A stretch of DNA of 55,232 nt, the filler included, from Jimgerdemannia flammicorona (taxonomy: Eukaryota), in NCBI GenBank assembly GCA_003990765.1. It is 2 parts of 2 records of this genome, joined end to end, with 100 filler letters (N's around TTAATTAATTAA, not from the genome) between each part and the next. Parts side by side here need not be neighbours in the genome. Positions count along the whole stretch, not along the records: positions 27,678 to 55,232 come from RBNJ01000621.1; 1 more part is not named here. One strand, written 5' to 3'. The translations under genes were made by a program, and so were the position numbers. The notes under the pieces are model-generated. The model worked only from the letters and a program-made list of their open reading frames with translations, did not search any database and was not told the DNA's origin. This document shows, piece after piece, positions 49,545-55,232 of the stretch; position 1 is the first letter of the stretch; each line of letters begins with the position of its first letter.

Positions 49545-52500
49545 CAGACAACACTTTCTACAATGTTTTTAGTGAAAGAAGACTATTGATATAGATGGCA
49601 ACAATTGCACTAGTGAGTGTGCTGGCCAGGGGGGTAGTAGTGCCTTTGGCTGGCAGTAAGTAGGGAGGAGGGGAAATGGTTTGGGGATGCCAGAGACCAC
49701 TATGGCTGGCCAGGGCACTGGTGGTAGAGGGAGGGGCAGTCTGAGACAAAGAGGAGGGGAGAGGTCAACCTTCACTGATAAGGTCAAGATAGGGAGGATG
49801 GCCTCTGGTCTGGATGGTTGGCTGGGCCTGGGGAAGGTATTGAGGGCTACTGCTGGAGGACTGGGAGGTGCACCCAGGGGAGTATCAAGCAGTAGGGGAG
49901 GGGGGGGAGTAGGGGCTAGAGATGTGACTGTTGATGGAGCCATGACTGGAGATCTGAAAAAAAATCCAGATGTGACAGCAGTTGATGGTTTGGGATAGAG
50001 GGTGGGTATGAGGCCCAGGGATCTGGTGGATGGGGTGATGGGTATGGTGTCAGCACCATTACTCAAAAAATCAAGGTCAGAATTTGCCATCATGTTGTGT
50101 TTCAGGGGCTTGGCAGTAACTGTAAGGATGATCTTGGGGCTGATGGTGTAGGAGATGAAGGGGGCAGCATCAGTGAAGTTTTTGAAGGGAAAAGAAGGGG
50201 TCAAGGTGGGGTTTGAGGAAGAGGAAGCATTGTTGGCTGCCATAGAGAAGGGGGTGATGGTGGGTGGAGTCATAGTCCCTATGATCAGATGCATATGCTG
50301 GGACCCCTGAGTGGTGCAGTTAACAGTATTGAATTTGTCTACAGTATCAAGAGAGAGGACCAGGGAGTTGATTGTGAGGGTGGTCAAGGAGTATGGGGAG
50401 ATTGTAGACATCGGGTTCAAGGTCTGGGAAGGAACAGAGCTCTGGACTAGTGATGTTGATATTCAGGTGAGGCTGGCTAGAAAGGAGAACATAGGGAAGA
50501 TGAGGGATTGGCCAGCGACTCTGAAGTGGGAAATGGTGGAGTGCAAGGTCATGTGGGTGAAGGGGACTCCAGAAGAGGAGGAAGATTTGCTTGAGACTCT
50601 AGAGGACTTGGCAGGAGCAGTCAAGAGGAGGAGATTGGCTTGAAAGGAGTATGAAGTAAAGATGGTGGTGGAAGTAGTCAACGAGAAGAGGACCAGAGTG
50701 GACAAGGTGATCTGGGAGAAGATGCAAGAGAGAGAATGGGTGGCAGTGGGGCTGGTGGCAATACAGAGGATGGGAGAGCAGAATTGCATATGAGTGAGTG
50801 GGCTGGGGAAAGTGGGATGGCCCAAGGTGGGGTCCAGGATAGACCAAGGGAGGAGAGGCAGGACAGTATGAAGGTGGATGCAGAAATAAGCAAAGGTATC
50901 CACCATCAGTATAGTGTCCTGAGTGGGGCAGAGGGTAAGGAGGAATTACTGGATGTTCCGGATGAGGAGTGGGATGAGTCAGTGAGGAGGAGTGCTTTGG
51001 TGGACTTGGGGGTGGGGGGTGATTGGGTTGCCCAGGGTATGGTAGAGGCAGTGGATGAGGAGAAGTGGTTGTAGAAGACTCTGGAAGGAGTGGCAGCAGA
51101 GGAGCTGGGGGGAGAGGACTTCTGGGTTATGGAAGAAAGGCATTGGGAGGAAATCCTTCATGGGGAGAAGGTATGGAAGGTTAGGAATGAGATCCTGGCA
51201 GTACTATTAGAATTGGTTAAATATCAAGTCGATGATTGAAGAGAGGAGGAACTCAGAGAGATTGTGAATAACAGGGCAGCATACTTGTGGGGATTGAGGA
51301 AGAGATTGGAGAAGTAGAGAGTGGTCTGCATGGACTATCAGGCTGAGATAGAAGTGGTGGATGGGGTGGAATATTAAGAAATCTTGGAGGTATTGGATGC
51401 TCAGGCTATAGTGGAGGGGGACTTGGAAGTAGAGCAGTGATTGGATCTAACTGGGGATGAGATGAGCATGAAATATTAGGCTGGGGTATCACATTCAAAC
51501 ATTATTCAATATAAATAGTATAACTAGAATATTCTCTTTAAATGTGAATGGGTTGAGGGGGGTGGCTCAGCAAAGATTCATCTTTGGTTAGCTCAAGAGA
51601 CTAAATGCAAATCTCTTCTTACTGCAGGATGTATATTATGAGGCAGATGTGGACTTCCAGGATTGGACTAGAGAGAGGGGGGGAGTAGCAGTGTGGTTTG
51701 GGTAGGTGGGTATCCTAGTTCAATAGGGAATGGGGGACATTGGTGATATAGGACATTGGGGGAGTTGGTTGGTGTGGAGAGTATAGAAGAGGCCTGGATG
51801 GAGCCCTTTGATAGTTGGGTCATATTATTGCCTGGCAGAGAGGGGGGAGTGGGTGGACTGGATCAGGAATTTGTAAGAGACTAATATCATGGGTGAGGCT
51901 GAGATTGACTGCCTGGGGGGGGGATTTCAACATAGTAAGAGATAATATAGTTGACAGGACTAATGGTGGGAGAGGAATAAGGGGCTGAAGTGGTGGGTTG
52001 GATGATTGAATGGAGATGGAAAGGTTGAGCTCTTTGGTGGACTCAGAGAGACAGTTCTGGGAAGATCAGTGAATTTATACTCACTGAGTGCCTGGGCTGG
52101 GTTCCAGAATTGACTGGATACTGATAGCAGAATGCTGGGGAGTAGATGTCTGGGCCATGCTGGAGGTGATTTGGTGCCCATGGTCTGATCACTAGGGTCT
52201 GCTTGGGGGGGGAGGTTTGGAGGTAGTGAGGATGGGTCTGGACATTGGTGACTAAATTCCTCTTTATTGAAGGATGGCAATCTATGGACTGACTAGAAGA
52301 TGGAGGTTATTGGCAAAATCAGTCAGTGGTAGAAGTGGGGCCTGGCAATTGGAGATCATTGGAGGAGGCTGAAATTGAGTGCTCAGAGATATTAGAGGGA
52401 GGCAGAGAAAGAAAGGAGTGTTCAGTGGTGACAGAGAGTGTACTGGGCCTCACAGCAGCTGGCAGCACTCCTGGGGAGATGGGTAGGAGTGCTAGAAGAT

Positions 52501-55232
52501 AGGTAGGTGATAGATTGGTGTATTGAGAGGATTCAAAAGGAAGTCAGAGAACTTATAGATATATTATAATTGGAGGAAGAGGCTAAATTGAAGAGGATGG
52601 TGGCAAGGTTGAGGTGGCAAGGGTTGGAGGAGGGGGAGAGACCCACTAGGTTTTTATCATAGATATTACAAGCATGGAGAACTAAGCAGCAGTGGGATGG
52701 TCTCTTGGATAAGGATGGAAAGAAGGTGGTGGGGACTCCAGCAATTCTGGGATTGCTAAGGTTCCACTGGGAGGACCTATGGAGTGAGGAAGATGGGAGT
52801 GAAGATGCCTTGGACATTGAATGGCAGTTGGAGAGTTGGCATCCAAACCCAGCAGTGGGTCTGGGACCCAGTGAGAGGAGAGAAAGTTTGCAAGGTGCTG
52901 GCTTCAATGAGCAAGAGGATGGCTCCAGGAGAGAATGGGCTTCTCTGAGATTTTTGGAAAAAGATGGCTAGGGTGGAGGTAGTGTTGGAGGAGTTGACAG
53001 AGATGTGTGATGAAGTTCTTCAGTCTGGAACTTAAATTGGGGGCCAGTGCCTAGGGCTGGTCTCCTTGCTCTTTAAAGATAAGGAGAGAAGGGAAGATTG
53101 GAAGAACTGATACCTAATCATGCTCCTTGATATAGACTGCAAGCTGGTGATAAAGGTCTTGGTGATTAGACTGCAGAGGATCACTCAGCAAGTACTGGGA
53201 GTCAAGCAAAGAGGATTTGTTAGTGGTCAGTTGATTCAAGATGGGACAGCCTGGGTCCATGAAGTGATTGAAGGGGCTCAGGCTGCTGGGATTAATGGCT
53301 GATTGGTGTTTCTGAATCAGGAGAAGGCATATAATACAGTGCAGAGAATCTGGCTAGAGGGGGTGCTGAAGTGGGTGGGCATTTAACTAGAGTTCAGGAG
53401 GTCATTAATCAGTCTTTTGGAAGACAGTCAGGCAGCCTTGGTAGTCAATGGACACAGGGGTGTAACCTTTCCTCTGGGTCATGGGGTGCCTCAGGGAGAT
53501 CTGCTGTTGCCCATCCTGTATGCCCTTTTCTTGAAGCCCCTATTGGACAGAATCAGGCATCAAATTGGGGGTTTGGACATTCTGGGGATTAATTGGAAGG
53601 TGGGGGCCTTTGTGGATGATATGGTGGTTGGATTAGGGTCATTGGTGGATGTGGAGGAATTAGGGCAGACTGTGGAATGGTATGAGAGGGGCTCTGATGC
53701 TAGACTCAACTGGCACAAATGTGAGACTATGATGCTAGGTGGCAGAATAGTTGGTGGCAATATGATTGGGATGGTGGTGCTGGTAGGAGATCCCATTTGC
53801 TATCTGGGGATCTACTTCTCAGTATATGGGTCCTTCCTACCTTGTTCTTGGTGGGAACAGTGGCTCCTAGTGTGGGGGGATGTGCTTTTACAGTGGGGTG
53901 GTCAGCAAATTTCCTTGGCAGGAAGGGTGATGGTACTGAATGTGTATTGGCTACTGAAGCTGTGGTATGTGGGGTACTATCTGGATTTTCCAGCATGAAT
54001 AGTCAGGCACCTTCTGAAGATGGTGAGGACATGGATCTGGGCTAGGCAGCAAAGTCAGATAGGATGGGAGATGCTGACCCTACCTGTGGATGGCAGTGGA
54101 CTAGGCTTGGTGGACTTTTCCAAATGCCTTTATTGCTTGCAAGTATAGTGACTGAAGAGGGCCAGTGAGTTAAGGGGACAGAAGTGAGTACTACTCATGC
54201 AAAGAGTGTGGGAGGCCTGCTATTCTCCCCACAGTATATCTGGTGATCTACTTACAATGGTGGCCCTGGATGAGAGTGAGAGGATGCAATATAAGGGCTT
54301 TTGGTGGAGAGTGGTAGATGGTGCCCAAAGAATTGATCTTCAATGGCAAGGCAATAAAGGTGAGGATGACTGGGGACTGCAGATGTGGAGATGGGACAGG
54401 CTTCTGTTAGGTGGTGCTTTGGTGGAGGAATTTTAACTTGGTGATGGCATAGAGTGCTTGCAGGGCTTAGGGGGGGACCTGTGGCCTATTGTATGGTAGA
54501 GGGTGGGGATTGGCAAGGAGTGGGACTGGAATAGGCTTTGGCCTTGGAGCAAGCAGGTGATGCAGTGGCTTCCTCCAAAGTTCTGGGTGATGTAGTGATG
54601 GTTTCTAAGGCGGAATGTGATGTTGAACTTTTGGTCTGGACACTTAGTGGTGGATGGCCAGTATGAGTGTGAGGAATGTTTAGATGTTGGATAGGAAGGG
54701 GGAGTGATACAAATGCCTGAACATTGGCTTGGTGAGTGTGACATTCTGGGGGTTTTTTGGCATCACATTGCAGACAGATTAGGGCTGTGAGCCCTGGTGA
54801 GAGGGGAAGGGAGGAGATGGGGAGAGCTCCACCACAGATTAGTGGGGGGGATTGGTGATGAATGGCTGACCCTGGGTTAGACTCTGGCAATTTGGATTGG
54901 GCTAGCTGAGCATTGGTTATATGTATTCAAGGAGAGTTGGCAGATTGGGATTGGGGATAGGGTGGCATGGTGGGAATGGCTGTTATTGGACATTTTGAAT
55001 AGCTGGTGGCAGGGGTGGGGACCAAGTGGGGGTAGCCACCAGGGATTGGTGAATTGTATTTGCCAGAAAAGTGGAGGGAGGATTCAGATAGTGGGTGATT
55101 GGGTCATCCTCCAACAGGGAGGGGTAGAGGGGAGTGAGGGAGATCCAAGAGATATAGGTTGAGGGGATGGGAGTAATATTGTATTATTAATATAGATTGA
55201 GGTAATAAAGGGAAGTTCAAGTGACTATAAAA
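49545..55232 (+). mobile_element. Near full-length degenerate LINE (L1/Tx1-like): ORF1, APE endonuclease, RT, C-terminal zinc finger
   Basis: APE motifs SLNVNGL (~51535), GGDFN (~51920), RIDW and SDH (~52185); RT motifs LLDIDCKL, QRGF, QEKAY, GVPQGD and AFVDD; CEEC..H...C (~54670); AATAAA at the window end. Confidence 0.92.

Noticed and set aside
49569..50420. 283-aa Pro/Ser/Thr-rich minus-strand ORF and similar ORFs to 55 kb
   Set aside because: Antisense shadows of the G-rich LINE strand.

Overview
Eukaryotic (fungal) genomic DNA, probably an early-diverging fungus (Mucoromycota-like; inferred from gene families, short GT-AG introns and TE types). It alternates between CpG-depleted, transition-hypermutated retrotransposon nests (1-17.9 kb, 27.7-34.8 kb, 45.1-55.2 kb) and two CpG-rich host-gene islands. 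The first island (17.9-27.6 kb) holds a Ser/Thr-rich single-pass membrane protein, a DOMON-cytochrome b561 protein, a possible unknown gene and a DUF1769 protein. The second (35.5-44 kb) holds a SPRY-WD40-TRP-like channel and an AIG1/septin-like GTPase. An artificial 100-nt scaffold spacer lies at 27578-27677. The TEs are remnants of about six Ty3/Gypsy elements (two carrying dUTPase, at different positions) and three LINE pieces. The main discovery is an uncharacterised small helical accessory ORF shared by four different Gypsy-type remnants. It sits just after pol or inside the LTR, keeps nearly identical motif spacing, and only appears when C>T-derived stop codons are read through. All alignments and gene models were done by eye.
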